A stretch of DNA of 64,000 bases from Eledone cirrhosa (Eukaryota), in assembly GCA_964016885.1 (NCBI GenBank), contig OZ024746.1:62558001-62622000 (forward strand). Reading direction: 5' to 3'. This document shows, piece after piece, positions 24,115-38,144 of the stretch. The notes below the pieces were generated by a model, which had not been told where the DNA came from, ran no database searches, and saw nothing but the letters and a program-made list of their open reading frames with translations. The position numbers were made by a program, and so were the translations under genes. Within the stretch, counting starts at the first letter, position 1. Each line of letters starts with the position of its first letter.

Positions 24115-25417
24115 AGGGGCCTACATCTACTGAGTGCACAAGAGAGGTTGTCATGTCTTTAACACAACTGTAGAGTCCTCCCAAACCATTGTTTGGCAAG
24201 CTTTCTCTAGCTGGGTGCTCTTATTGTATAGATCAACAACACTAGAGAGGTTGTCACACTGTGACACAAGTGAAAGGTTGCTATAAATAGCTTAGAAAAT
24301 CAGGTAAAGCCCCCTTATAGATGGGAAAAAAGTGGCCACAGCTATCTGTCTATAAAGGGTTTCTACCTGAGTTTTTGTTATTTATAGCAGCTATCTATAT
24401 TTACAGTTATTTTTCTACATCTGAGTTGCCCTACTCTCTCTCTCTCTGTGAGTGAGTTATCACATACATCTTCATATTGGCGTATATTGAAAGCAGTCTT
24501 GCTTATGACCCACTCAAACGATAATACATCCTGCATCATTATAGTTCAACAATGAGCAAAACATATTCTTTCTTCTTCCACAATAACACCTTGTGGAGTT
24601 ATATGGGTGTCATAGTGACATACAGAGTGTCTTAGATATTTAAAACCTGGTAGAGCCAATCCCTCTCCAGATCTGAACACAGCCGAGTTCATCCTGAGAA
24701 GTGATAAAGAGGATGTGAGATAGAGATATAAGGAAGAATCAACTCCGGGATATAGACTATCATAAACAATAAATCAATTATCAATTACAGAGCGTAATCA
24801 TTTTAAAAGCAATTTCTGCGATCAATATTTTAAAAGTTGAATACCATGACAGGTTGCAAAATTGTTAAAATAACAACATTAGCAAAACAATAGAATTAAA
24901 AACACTGATGAAAACAAAAATAAACTTTGAAAAGTCCTAACACAAACACCACCTTCAACATTGATATTATATAAATATAGTGTTTACATAAAATATGTGT
25001 TCCTGTATTTCCAACTTATAGATCATAGGCTTCATGTCTATAGCTATTATTTTCACTCTACCTATCAAATGAAGAAAAAAAATGGTTGGGGCATTTAAAA
25101 AAAAATATCTATTGATGCTTCAATGTAAAGAATGAAGGACCACTAACTGTAAAAAAAAAAAAAAATTAAGAACAAACTACAATGAATCTGTCTTATTTAT
25201 TCTTTGTAGTTTTGGCTATCAATCTTTTAAGATAGGCAACAGTTATCAGAGCAGTTACACACACACAAATAATCTATAAACCAAACAAAAGTCGTAATCA
25301 GACTGATTAACAAGGAATCACTGACAAACTTCAACCTTTAGTCCACTGACATGCTGTCTTCAGCACCAGTCTTTGCTACGACTACTACAACATCCTCTGC
25401 TCCTCAAATATAAATTA

Positions 25418-25582
25418 CCGTATTTCCCAGTGTCGAAGACACTACTTTTTTCCTAAAATAAGTCTAAAAAATCTACCATGCGTCCTTGAGGCCGAAGGTT
25501 GTTTAATATTTTTTTTATTTTTGGTTGTCAAAATTAGGGTGCGTGCTCGAGGATGAAGTGTCTTTGGTGCCTGGAAATACGG
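25418..25582. mobile_element. Tc1/mariner Tc2-type MITE
   Basis: TA-CCGTATTTCC ... GGAAATACGG-TA. Confidence 0.8.
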
Positions 25583-26147
25583 TAGTTGCATTACCTCCTT
25601 TACGAAAGCCCACCAGATACATATGACACACACAACATTTCAACCATACTGTGTCACCAGCCAACCAGCCAACACACCACTGCTACCACTACCACCACCA
25701 CCCTGACCATTATCCCAAATTCTCAACGTCAGTCCCTCCCTACAGACACTGACTCACAAGATGTTGAAGCTGAACATATCAACCATATCAATCTGACCAG
25801 TCTCAAAGAGCCTGTCTATAAAATGTTGGACACAGAACCCCATCTACCTACCTCATACTTAGTGACTAAACCAGAAATAAAGATATGAAAGGCTTCAATT
25901 AGCAGCTACAAACACACACAGACAACAATCATGACACACACAAACCAAACACAACACAGACAATATCACCACACACTGCAATCAATAGCTGATCAACAAA
26001 CTGTATCCCCCTCTACCTTCTAATGATATTACACCAATTCCTACTTCCCAACTTCACTTAATCCACCCACCTAACCATATCTTGTCATCTGTACTGTCTC
26101 AGTCCCCCCCACACACACACACACACACCATGTCCTCTCCTTTCATA

Positions 26148-26352
26148 TTAACCCTTCTAATCCCAACTGCCTGAAACCACCCATCTTTCTATAATAGAAA
26201 ACAATTGCGTTTATATTTATCTAAAAACTTTCATAATTTTGTTGAAACCTTTTAGTCTAAACAATGGATAAATAATGAGAAATATATTTTATTAAATCAT
26301 GCACGGTTACGAATATATTTTATTAAATCATGCGCGGTTACGAAAAGAAATT
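26148..26352. mobile_element. piggyBac-type MITE family 2 (degenerate)
   Basis: TTAACCCTTCTAATCCCAACTG...CGGTTACGAAAAG; internal 32-bp tandem duplication. Confidence 0.5.
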
Positions 26353-26384
26353 CTAAATAAGCCTACAAGGTAAAAATTAAAAAC

Positions 26385-26458
26385 GGTCATCGCAGGCCAC
26401 TCTGACTGGTTTAGCGGGCCACAATCTGGCCCGCAGGCCACCTATTGCATGCCTCTGG
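26385..26458. mobile_element. hAT-Charlie right-end fragment
   Basis: GCGGGCCACAATCTGGCCCGCAGGCC subterminal palindrome then TTGCATGCCTCTG. Confidence 0.55.
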
Positions 26459-27149
26459 TATAAAGCATAATAATTCAATTGTAAAATCACACACAAAGTA
26501 ATATACACACTGACACATGAACCAACATTGTTACTCAATCTGCTAGAAATAACAAGCAAATCTATCTTAAATCACACTTCTGTTTTTTGTGTGGGGAAAA
26601 AAAAAAAAAAAGGACACAATGACATCCTTGATAAACAAAAAGACAGGAGGATCACAGATACTTTTGGGTCCTTTCAAGAACAGCCTCCCTCCACTTATGG
26701 TGTTCCTACATAATCTCTGTGGGGTTCTGTGTTTTGAGATCAGCTCTCACCCCTTCTAATGCAGCTTCCTTCTACTGGCACCTCCTGCCACTTCTTCACA
26801 CCAAGTAACCATCATCAGCATACAAGTCAATACCAGTGGTGTTCTGTTGCACACTTGAGAAGACCCCCTTCGGTTATAAATGACCATACGATTTGCACCT
26901 AGAAAGTTTCCCTCCGAGGCACAAGTCCGGGCAAGGTTGTTTGTGGAAAACCAGCAGTCGCCCATGCATACTGGCCCCCTCTCTGGCACACTACATCTGA
27001 TTGCTCTAATACCCACTTTTTCCTCTCAATTCCTTCACACACCATCATTCATGCACACTAACAATACAATGTTTATAGTATTATTACTTCTGGACAGGTC
27101 TTTGCGAAAAAATTTGCAGTAAACTAAAGTTAAGTCGTCTGTAAACATT

Positions 27150-27343
27150 AATTGTTTCTACTTTTAGCACAAGGCCAGCAATTACCCAGTGTATTACTGG
27201 TGGTACTTTATTTTATCGACCCCATAAGGATGAAAGGCAAAGTTAACCTCAGAGGGATTTGAACTCAGAATGGCAAGAGCCATAACTCTATGCTTCAAAG
27301 CATGGTGTCCGACCCTCTACCGATACTGCCAATCCACCGCCCT
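27150..27343 (-). mobile_element. SINE family A, full-length short variant
   Basis: Head AGGGCGGTGGATTGGCAGTATCGGTAGAG to tail AGTAGAAACAATT. Confidence 0.9.
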
Positions 27344-27753
27344 AAGTCTTTAAACATTAATGTGATGCAACAATAGTGCTGTTTTGTACTTTTCAAGAAT
27401 ATCTTGCTAATGAGGTTTCATGTAGTATAGAACATTAAGATTTAAGTAAAGCTGGTATGATGTTGGGGGGGGGGGGGGTTTCGTTGCTATTTCTTGCAGA
27501 ACCAGTGACCTCTGCTTCTAAGCTCTTTCAGTAAAGTAAGTAGTGTGAGAGATCATCTATGGTTTTGTGGAACAATGAACTCTGAATAAAATAGGTCACC
27601 AGACTTAAGGTCAGTTTTACAAAACTGTCACAGAAACTGAAATGTCAAAGTTTTGATGGGATTTTTCAAATAATATTTTAAAAAGTAAAATGCAACAAAA
27701 ATAACATGCATAACATAAAGGCTGCATTGTGTGTGTGTGTAGGTAAGTATGTA

Positions 27754-27784
<31 letters not shown>

Positions 27785-27844
27785 ATGTATGTAGGTGTTG
27801 ATAATGAGTGTCATTAATGTCAATGGAATAGACCATAGTGGTCA

Positions 27845-28720
27845 AAATGGTGGAGGTGGTAGTTGTGGTGGTGGTGGTGTGGTGATGATTGAAGTCGTCA
27901 TGGTAACTGTAATGATGATGGTAATAGCTGTGAGAATTGTGGTGAGATGGTGGTGGAAGTAATAGCTGGGACAATGGTGGTGGTGGTGGTAGAGAGGGTG
28001 ATAACTGTGACAATGATGGTGGTGGTGGTGGTGATAGCTGTGACAATGGTGGAGGTGAAGGTGATAGTAATAGCTGTGGCAATGGAGGTGGTGTTGGAGA
28101 TGGTAATAGAAATGAAAATGGTGGTAGTGGTGGTGGTGGTGGAGGAGATGGTAATAGAAATGGCAATGGTGGTGGTGGAGATGGTAATAGAAATGGCAAG
28201 GGTGGTGGTGGAGATGGTAATAGAAATGACAATGGTGGTGGTGGAGATGGTAATAGAAATGGCAAGGGTGGTGGTGGAGATGGTAATAGAAATGGCAATG
28301 GTGGTGGTGGAGATGGTAATAGAAATGACAATGGTGGTGATGATGGTGGAGATGGTAATAGAAATGGCAATGGTGGTGATGGTAATAGAAATGGCAAGGG
28401 TGGTGGTGGAGATGGTAATAGAAATGGCAATGGTGGTGGTGGAGATGGTAATAGAAATGGCAATGGTGGTGGTGGAGATGGTAATAGAAATGGCAATGGT
28501 GGTGGTGTTGGTGGAGATGGTAATAGAAATGGCAATGGTGGTGGTGGAGATGGTAATAGAAATGACAATGGTGGTGGTGTTGGTGGAGATGGTAATAGAA
28601 ATGGCAATGGTGGTGGTGAAGGTGATGGCAATAGCTGACAATGGTAGTGATGATGGTAATAGCTGTGGCAATGATGGTGATGTGTGACAGTGGTGGTGGT
28701 GGTGGTGGTGGGGGGGGGGG
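27845..28720. repeat. ~30-bp minisatellite GGTGGTGGAGATGGTAATAGAAATGGCAAT within a GGT array
   Basis: About 17 visible units; the extensin-like SPPPPLPFLLP ORF is a by-product. Confidence 0.95.
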
Positions 28721-29624
28721 GGGGGTTAAAAATGTGACAATAATGGTGGTGGCAGCAGCAGCAGCGGTGATAGTGGTGGTCGTCGTGGTGGTAATGTTGT
28801 CAGTGTTAGAGACAAAGAAGATAATTATAAATATGGTGATAAGAAAAGATGATGATGAAGATGATGATGATGATGGAAGTGAGAGTTGTTACTAAAGTTG
28901 TGTAGTGATGATGCAAGCAAAAAGAAATAAAGGGTACAATGACCCCCACATCCCACCCTGCCTCTTTAGCTAGGGAAAGGAGGCAAAAGACAAAGAAAAA
29001 AAGGGAGAGAAAATAAATAGAACATAAGGGATAGTGTGGAGGGAGGAGGGAAGAGGTACATACCCCTCCTTCAGATAAATCTTTAAAACTCCCACCATCA
29101 CTCACAATACTCTCTTACACAGTAGAGGAAGATAGAAAGAACTGACAGTTTAAAGTAGTAGCAGTAGTAGTAGTAGTAGTAGTAGTAGTAGTTGTAGTAG
29201 CAGCAGTGATGGTAGTAGGGGTGACAGTAGTAGTAGTAGTAGTAGCAGTGATGGTAGTAGGGGTGAGAGTAGTAGTAGCAGCAGCAGCAGCAGTGGTGGT
29301 GGTGGTGGTGGTAGTAATAGTTTGGGGGGAAAGAGCAGCTGTGTTTTGAAATGTTCAAAGAGACACAAGTAAACCCAGAAACTCTTTATAAGCTCACCAG
29401 CATCATCATTATCATCATCATAACCATACTATCATCATCATTAGTAGATTGTCAGAATAGTTAGAGTACTATACAATATGTTTTCAAGGCATTTAGTCAT
29501 GTCATTTTACATTGTCCTGAATTTAAATCTAACGGAGGGTGAGCTGCTTTACAATTTTAACTTTCAAATCTGCTAAATTTGGTTGTTAGTTTGTCAGTGG
29601 TTTTTTTTTAGCAGAAAACTGTAT

Positions 29625-29841
29625 TTAACCCTGTAGCATTTACATTACTCTACATTTACTATTGCATTTTCATGGTAAAGGCTTTTTTCTCACATAATAT
29701 CGAATCTAGGAGATTTTGATTTTACTTATTTTGAGAACAATACCTTAACATAAGTATGAGCAATCAGTTACGGCAGCTTTGAACAGAAAGAGGTGAGAGA
29801 ATTCTGGCCAAGTACGGTTGGTTTAAATGCTAAAGGGTTAA
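29625..29841. mobile_element. piggyBac-type MITE family 1
   Basis: TTAA-flanked TIRs. Confidence 0.88.
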
Positions 29842-30069
29842 ACTCAATTTTCCTCCTTTTCTGTTCAGAAGAAGAGTAACATTTGAACAAACAATTACAT
29901 TGGGTGATGTAATGTAATGTGTCTCACAGGTAACAATTCAACTTAGTATAGCTACTACAGTGATGTGGGCTCAGTTGGAGTGGAGGTAGCGTTCCCTGGT
30001 GTGTGGGAGCCCACATGTAAGCTGTCTTGTGGTCCCAGAGGACAGAATGGAGAAAATGTTGCTCTAGAG

Positions 30070-30400
30070 CAGGCATGTCAAACTGAGGGCCATATGGATC
30101 ACATGTGTTGTCTGAGGGCCACACTCGACAACTAATTGCATACATTACAACAAATTTCTTTTATTTTATATTATGAAGATAAAACATGCTTGTGCTGTAA
30201 AAACCTTTGTGCAGGCCACAGGCGTGCTTGTAAAAGGCTCTATGTTTCACACGCCTTGCTCCAGAGGATGGCAAAGGAGACACTTTGGAATAGCCATTCC
30301 CACTGGCAGGGCTTGCTCCTGTGGGTGGCCAATTGTGAGTAAGGGGGTGAAACAGTGACTAAGAACACCAGAAGTGTCAACCACTACAGGTTTGACCACA
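30070..30400. mobile_element. hAT-Charlie non-autonomous remnant
   Basis: CTCTAGAG target followed by CAGGCATGTCAAACT; degenerate right end GGTTTGACCAC. Confidence 0.5.
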
Positions 30401-32864
30401 AACTATCAGATAGTGACCAATATTTCAATAATTAGGCCCTCTTCAGCTTAACAAGCAATGAAGCCAGAGTTGATTTGGAATTTCATTCACTATTTTTTTT
30501 TTCTGCAATCTTTTGCAAATCATTATAAAATAAATGCCATTCCTAAAGTTAACCACTCAATTGCGAAATAGGGCCTAGAATTTGTTAAAAAAAAACAAAA
30601 ACAAAAAAAAAAAACAGTATCAAGTCCATTGCTCAACAACAATAAGAAAGTTACCATAACACCTGAAGTTGTAACTCTGTGATCAGAAACGATTTCCTTA
30701 ACCCTCACAGATGTTAGTGCTTCTTCATGAAAATATTATACCTACTCCCAACACTACAACAGATTTCTACAATAAATATTACACCAAATGACCAACTTAA
30801 TCTCAAACAAACCTGTATGCTAGAAACAATAACTTAAATCTGCTGTAACTCACATTGAATACACTGGTCAATGTAAATATGCAAAAAGACAAAATGTTCA
30901 TGCTTGGAAAAACCTTTCAGTATAGGTTGATTCAAACAAGCCTACATGTGGTTACATGGCCTGCTAAAAATAATAATCCACAATCTCACCTCCCCTCTTC
31001 ATAAAGAAGAAAACATTGGACTATATATATAAAATGACAGCATGATCATAGAGCATGTTTGATTTAAGGCTGACCTTTGGCCAAACAACAACAACTCAAT
31101 TATAAAGAGAAACTGAAAGCCATCTCTATCCTAATTTACAACCAATATTTTTTTTTTAAGTGCACTCATCAGCTATTAAGTGTAGATTGGCAATGCTAAC
31201 CAACACCAGAACTTCATTTGTATAAGAAGTCTTACACTTTCACCACTCAGCCATCAAGCCAGCTTTAATGAATCATTGCAAATTCTTCCTGAACTAGTCA
31301 CAGTAAAATTCACAAGAGATAAAAAGTTGAAGGGATGAATGGTGGGAAATATTCCCAGTTTACATAATCTCATATGACATTATCAGCTGTTACATATTAA
31401 ATACTGCTGCTCCTATCACAACAAAGCATTCATAGTAAAAGCAGTAGCAACATCTAAGTTGCCACGAGCAACAACAACCCTGTAAGAATCAAGTTGCTTA
31501 TCTCAAATTAGATCTCTTATTTGTGCTTCTCATGATCCAAGAAAGCAGAGTATCACTGAAGCAAGCTCTGTTAAGATGCAAGCAGCCTCTTAATATGAAA
31601 GTAGACACCATATTTACAATTGCAGAATTGTCATCATTATCACAATCACTACCATCAACGTTATTACCATCACCTGCATCACCATTATCATGTAAGATTA
31701 GCCGTGATGAAGCAGGGAGCTACTGAATGAATATGTTAAAGGGTCAATGTATTGAATAACATATACAAAATGAGACAAAAAAAAAAATTATCAATGAACT
31801 GAAATTTCATTCACAGTTGGAGAAAGAAAATAAACACATACTAGTAATTGTTAGAAACTCACGAAGATGCAGGAAGATAATTTTAAGAAATTAAGAATTA
31901 ATTTCATGGAAAATTTAATTTACATGCTCATGTGGAAAGTCTGATCTTTGTTTGCAACCAAGCAAACAACAACTTAAATTTCAGTCTTATTGGATCTCAT
32001 CAGTATTGTATAATCTACCTAAGCTTGCTTTGATCAATTGGTTTTACATAGTAATAACTCAAATGAATCAATGGCATGAATTTAGTAGTTAAAAGGTGAC
32101 ATACTAAATATTGTACACCAAAAAATGCTAAATTAAAATCAACAGTGTGTATGAACAGTAACCGTGTAAAAGAAAAAATATATCTTCTCCAAAGATTGTA
32201 AACTTATCAAACCCTTTTAAGAACCACTATCACTGGAGAAATAATTCATTTTATTGAAAACTAAAATGCAAATTTATACAAAAATAACTACAGCATCAAT
32301 AGTCTCACCGATCCTCAATGCTGTGCTGAGATCCACAACACAAACATAAAGCTACTGTCACACACTGACCGAGACCACTTTGTACGGTTCCACTGTGGCC
32401 ACAACCAGAATCTGGACACTGAATAGATTGCAGTATGTCTAAACTGTCATACATACGCCCTAAAGAATTCACCACTGCATATTGGATTGTGCAGTATTAT
32501 CAGTCGTCACCCAAGTGATTATTAGGCATAACCAGAAAGATGGATCTGTGAGTTGCACCTCATTCAATCAACTACATGTTTACAGTGGCATACAGTGGTT
32601 TGGTGATGCTAGGACCAACTCCTTCATTGAATACCCCTCAAACTCAAACATATGGCCTAGTATTGAGAAATGTGAACAAGGGAGACATTTTAAATATGTA
32701 AAAACAGATGAAACATGAAATAAACAATACTTCATTCAAAATAATATAAAATCAGCCACATTTATTCAGTCTAGTTCCCAAAAAGATATCTCCTGTAGGA
32801 GAAGTATACATATCTTTGCCTAGGCATTGTATTTCAAGTTAATAAATTTCTTTCTTTTTTTTTT

Positions 32865-33104
32865 TTATTTGGGCAGAAAACTGAGCACAGATTTTGGATG
32901 GGTGCTCGAGAAATCTGAATGTTCTGCTCGGCAGCCATATTGGATGGAGAACGCTGTGCGATTCTTTGGCTGAATGCCACCCCCCACAGACACAGACGCA
33001 CATATGACCCGATATGGATTCCCAGGGTCATTGCACCTGTGCTCCCCTCCCTGCATGTTACTGCCTGTAGGCCATATGACTTCTTGATTAGGGTTGACCT
33101 GGAG
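32865..33104 (-). CDS. Terminal coding exon of an unidentified gene (LQVNPNQEVIWPTG...SVLSFLPK*)
   Basis: GC/CpG-richer unique island; (TTG)n-TGTAG acceptor whose TAG is the in-frame upstream stop (alternative CAG acceptor at 33098); 79 non-repetitive codons then TAA; ~2.4 kb of nearly repeat-free sequence downstream with AATAAA at 32766 and 32255. Confidence 0.65.
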   Translation of the reverse strand, partial: LQVNPNQEVIWPTGSNMQGGEHRCNDPGNPYRVICASVSVGGGIQPKNRTAFSIQYGCRAEHSDFSSTHPKSVLSFLPK

Positions 33105-33934
33105 CTACACAACAACAACAACAACAACAACCACAGTAGCAACAGCAGCTCCCTTTCATTTTCCCTATCTGCTTGTCTTCCTCCTCTCATCACCATCACC
33201 ACTATTTTCTCTTCTTCAATTATTACTTTGGAAATTCCTGTCACAATATAAATTTACATATAATTGTGATTAAATATTTACTTTAATTAATTACCATCTT
33301 TATCGTCACCCATCACTATAGATATCATCACTATCATCATCCTCATCATCTTCACGATCTTCATCATCATCATCATCATCACTACTTATGGATAACCAAC
33401 TCAATAGCTAAAATGTAATCAGGCTATCAAATGACAGTCACATTAATCTCTGTGATTTCCATCACTATTTAGTTTAGATTTTTGTTAGTATATATATACG
33501 TTTTTTTTTTTTTCTTGCTTTAAGCTATGACAAGAAATGTTATTCATTTTCTTTAATCACCATCAACGACATCATTAGTTATAATGACGCTAGCTATAGT
33601 GTTGGTGATGCTGGTGATGTTAACACCCCGAAACAATGATTTCTTTATTAGAATCATGTGTGAAATCTAGTACTACAAGTAGAAAGCTATACAATATGAC
33701 ATTTACATTTACTGCATTCTAGGAAAGCACAACTTTGCAAAGACTACAGCAAAAAAGTTAAATTTGACTGCTTAGGTTCAATACTCCACCAAGCCACCTG
33801 GCAGTCAAGGGTAAAATAAAATTTCAGTGAAGAGCATACATATATTTTTTTTATTAATAACCAAGTGGTGCTACAATTACCTTTAGAAGGTTTTATAAGG
33901 AATGTTGACATCATGGAAACCCAACAAAACTTGC

Positions 33935-34680
33935 TCTTACAGGTGTACACTTGGTACCTCAGACTGTACAGGTGTGTTCAGTTGGTATCTCAGACTTTAC
34001 AGCTGCGTACATTTGATACCTCAGACTTTACAGGTGTTCGTTTGGTACCTCAGACTTTCAGGTGTACATTTGGTACCTTAGACTTTCAGGTGTACATTTG
34101 GTACCTTAGACTTTACAGGTGTACATTTGGTACCTTAGACTTTACAGGTGTACATTTGGTACCTTAGACTTTACAGGTGTACATTTGGTACCTTAGACTT
34201 TACAGGTGTACATTTGGTACCTTAGACTTTCAGGTGTACATTTAGCACCTTAGACTTTACAGGTGTACATTTTGTACCTTAGACTTTACAGGTGTACATT
34301 TGGTACCTTAAACTTTACAGGTGTGTACATTTGGCACCTCAAACTTTACAGGTGTACATTTAGCACCTCAGACTTTACAGGTGTACATTTGGTACCTTAG
34401 ACTTTACAGGTGTAGATTTGGCACCACAAACTTTACAGGTGTGTACATTTGGCACCTCAAACTTTACAGGTGCACATTTGGTACCTTAGACTTTCAGGGG
34501 TTCATTTAGTACCTCAGACTTTACAGGTGTGTACACTTTCTACCTCAGACTTTACAGGTGTGTACACTTTCTACCTCAGATTTTACAGGTGTACATTTAG
34601 TACCTCAGATTTTACAGGTGTACATTTAGTACCTCAGTCTTTACAGGTGTGTACATTTAGTACCTTAGCCTCTAGGTGCA
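33935..34680. repeat. ~27-bp minisatellite TTTACAGGTGTACATTTGGTACCTYAGAC
   Basis: About 25 tandem units. Confidence 0.95.
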
Positions 34681-35294
34681 CTCTATTATTTACTCGCACA
34701 TGCACTCATTTAGTTCTTTAAACTCTACAATTGTGTTCATTTTAATTCCTTGGATTCTAAAAGAACAAATAATTGCAAACAGAGAAGTCAGGCATTAAAT
34801 GATGATGATGGTGATAATGGGTGGTTATTTGTCAAAATAATTCTCAATGAAATATATAAGTAAAATATATCCATTCAGAAGTTTTAGCAGTGATTTATTC
34901 CTCAATATATTCCCAGAATAAAATAATAATGATAATAACAATAAAACAGAAAATACAAAAATAAATAAATGCTTGCTAATAGTTTATAAAAATGCACTAA
35001 CATGTTTTATGTAAAACTAATCACTTTTTTTAACCTTGCACCAGGATGAACAGTTATTAAAAGATTATATAGATATTTAGATGAAATGAACTTCTGATAA
35101 TGATAAAATGGAACAATACGTGCCAAAACTAAGAAAATTCTTTAGTGTGTATAATGGATGTTAAATGATATGTTGTATGTGTGTGGTTGTGTGTTTAGTC
35201 TTTCATTTGTTATTAGGGATTTTTCAATGTTTCCTTATTATTTCTTTGTTTTAATATAACACTTGAAATACTGTTCCCTATTTACACACACACA

Positions 35295-35855
<561 letters not shown>

Positions 35856-36019
35856 TATATATATATATATATATATATACATACACACACACAGATTATA
35901 TAATGTATATAAAAGTTTGACTTTAAAATGGTTTTATTGAATATTGACCACTGCGTTTGTTTCACAGATGATTGGTTCAAAGTCGATATTGATGCAATAT
36001 AAAATATATAATATATATT

Positions 36020-36830
36020 AGCTACAAGTTCAAGAATGTGCTCTAACTACTACACCAACTTATTTGTCAGCTATGTTGAGGCTCAATCTTTTCTCACTTC
36101 CCCAGTCCCACCCTGACAGTATACAGTTATTTCAGTGACACCGGTATCAGTGCAACTTCTCTTTCACTTGGAAACAACTTGATTTCTTCCAAACTTTCTT
36201 CCGCTCCTTCCATCCTATTGCTGACTCCCTTTTTTACCCCATCAATAGCTCCTTTTCTTTAACCCTTTAGCATTTAAGCCAGCTGTATCCGACCAGAATT
36301 CTCTCACCTTTTTCTGTTCAAACCGGCTGTAACCAGCCATTCATACTAATGTTACGGTATTATTCGCAAAATAAATAATATCAAAAGCTCACAGATCTGA
36401 TATTATGTGAGATAATTATGTGAGGTAAAGCCCTTATCATGAAAATACAATAGCAAATATAGAGAAATGTAAATGCTAAAGGGTTAAGAGCACTCGCAAT
36501 CTTAGGAATCTACTTGTTTGCAGTTTTCTTCCTTTCCTTGATACCATCCTTGCTCTTGACCCTACTGTCATACCATCCCCACACTAGACCCAATCGTTGT
36601 ATTTTCTGGATCAAAGACCCCATTTGCTGCACCACCATGCCGTGTGAGGCCATCTACATCAGCCAAACAAGTCACTGACAGATTTACCGAGCATCTTTGG
36701 AACATCAGGTGCCACAACCAATCTCTGGTCACTCAACATAACAGTTTTTGGCCTCTGGACTCATACATATTGTAATTTCTTAATGCTTGTCTCCCAGGCT
36801 TGTACCATGAGGTAGCGATGTTAGGTGCTT
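36020..36830 (+). pseudogene. Decayed Penelope-like element (RT and GIY-YIG remnants)
   Basis: RMCSNYYTNLFVSYVE (~GxxMGPSYANLFxxYxE RT motif) near 36030-36080; ICCTTMPCEAIYISQTS..DRFTEHL..I (GIY-YIG) near 36620-36740; interrupted by a MITE. Confidence 0.7.
36259..36487. mobile_element. piggyBac-type MITE family 1 nested in the Penelope remnant
   Basis: TTAA-flanked TIRs. Confidence 0.9.
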
Positions 36831-37915
36831 CTCAGAAGAAAAATAAAGTGTCTTCTCTTCTGCCTTATATCATCAAATATATTCCATTGTTTGTAGATTA
36901 GAAAGAAAGGGAGGGGCCATATTAATGGGTCTATTATACAAGTAGTTAACATAGTAGACATGGACATTAACATTATTAGGCTAGCGAGACAGTGAGATAT
37001 CAAAAACTGAAGTAGACACTTAACTTTTGCACAACAGTGATGTACATGATCTTATAAGTTGTTGTCACCATAACCACTGCCACCACCACAACTACTACAA
37101 ACTTCCTTCTGTATTTCCCAAATCACAAACCACCACCACAACTACTACCATTGCCACCACCACCTTTACTACTTGAGCATCACTTTCAACTATCTTCCTG
37201 AAATATTAATAAAGAAAGCTTAGCCAGTCTCTCTCAAGTAGAACCTTGTGTATTCATAAGAAAATGTGTCATCTGATCTCAATATGAACTGTGTACAGTA
37301 TTCACTAATAAACTAATATACATTCAGCTCCCTTTTTTCCATTTTCTTTGATTATTTCTAAATAAAAATTTCAGAATGATACTAAATTAATCAAACATTT
37401 TTTTTCTTTTACTTTTTATCACCTTTGATCTTATGTTTATAAGCCTGTCTATCCCCATTTTATTTTCTTCTATACACTGATTTCTTACAGAGGTGCAATA
37501 TCAGAATTTTTGAAGAGGCAGAGGAATAATTGAATAAACCAACCCCCGTACTTGACTGGTACTTTATTTTATTGATTCCCAGAAGGATAAAAGCAAAGTC
37601 AAGCACACTAGGATTTGAACACATAATCTAAGGCAATTAACTAAATACTACAGGGTATTGTATCCAACACTCTAGTAAGTCTGCCAATACACCTCCAATT
37701 TTTTTTTTATAGAATAAGAAACAAAAAGTAAAAAGAAAACAGTTTCATTTATCAGAGGTGGTGGTGGTGGCTGTTATTGTTGTTAAGCCACACATGAGAC
37801 CTGATTCAGAAGATCTATAATGAAAAACATTCAAGTCATGACTGTCAAGTCTTTCTTTATTTACAGGTATAGTGTACTCTGGACTACATTATCTAATGCA
37901 TCCTTCTATTTTTTT

Positions 37916-38144
37916 TTAACCCTTTAGCATTTACATTACTCCTTATTTACTTTTGTATTTTCACAGTAAACACTTTATTGCACATAATTATCTCACATAA
38001 TATCGAATCTACGAGATTTTGAAGTTATTTATTTTGAGAACAATACCTTAACATCAGTATGCGTGGCCGGTTACAGCTGGTTTGAACAGAAACAAGTGAG
38101 AGAATTCTGGCTGGATACAGCCGGTTTAAATGCTAAAGGGTTAA
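37916..38144. mobile_element. piggyBac-type MITE family 1
   Basis: TTAA-flanked TIRs. Confidence 0.9.

Noticed and set aside
27678-28687. Extensin- or mucin-like ORFs
   Set aside because: Product of a 30-bp minisatellite
32919-33251. + strand 110-aa ORF overlapping the exon
   Set aside because: Runs into a (CAA)n tract with no splice signals; the minus frame has an acceptor, a stop and a UTR-like tail
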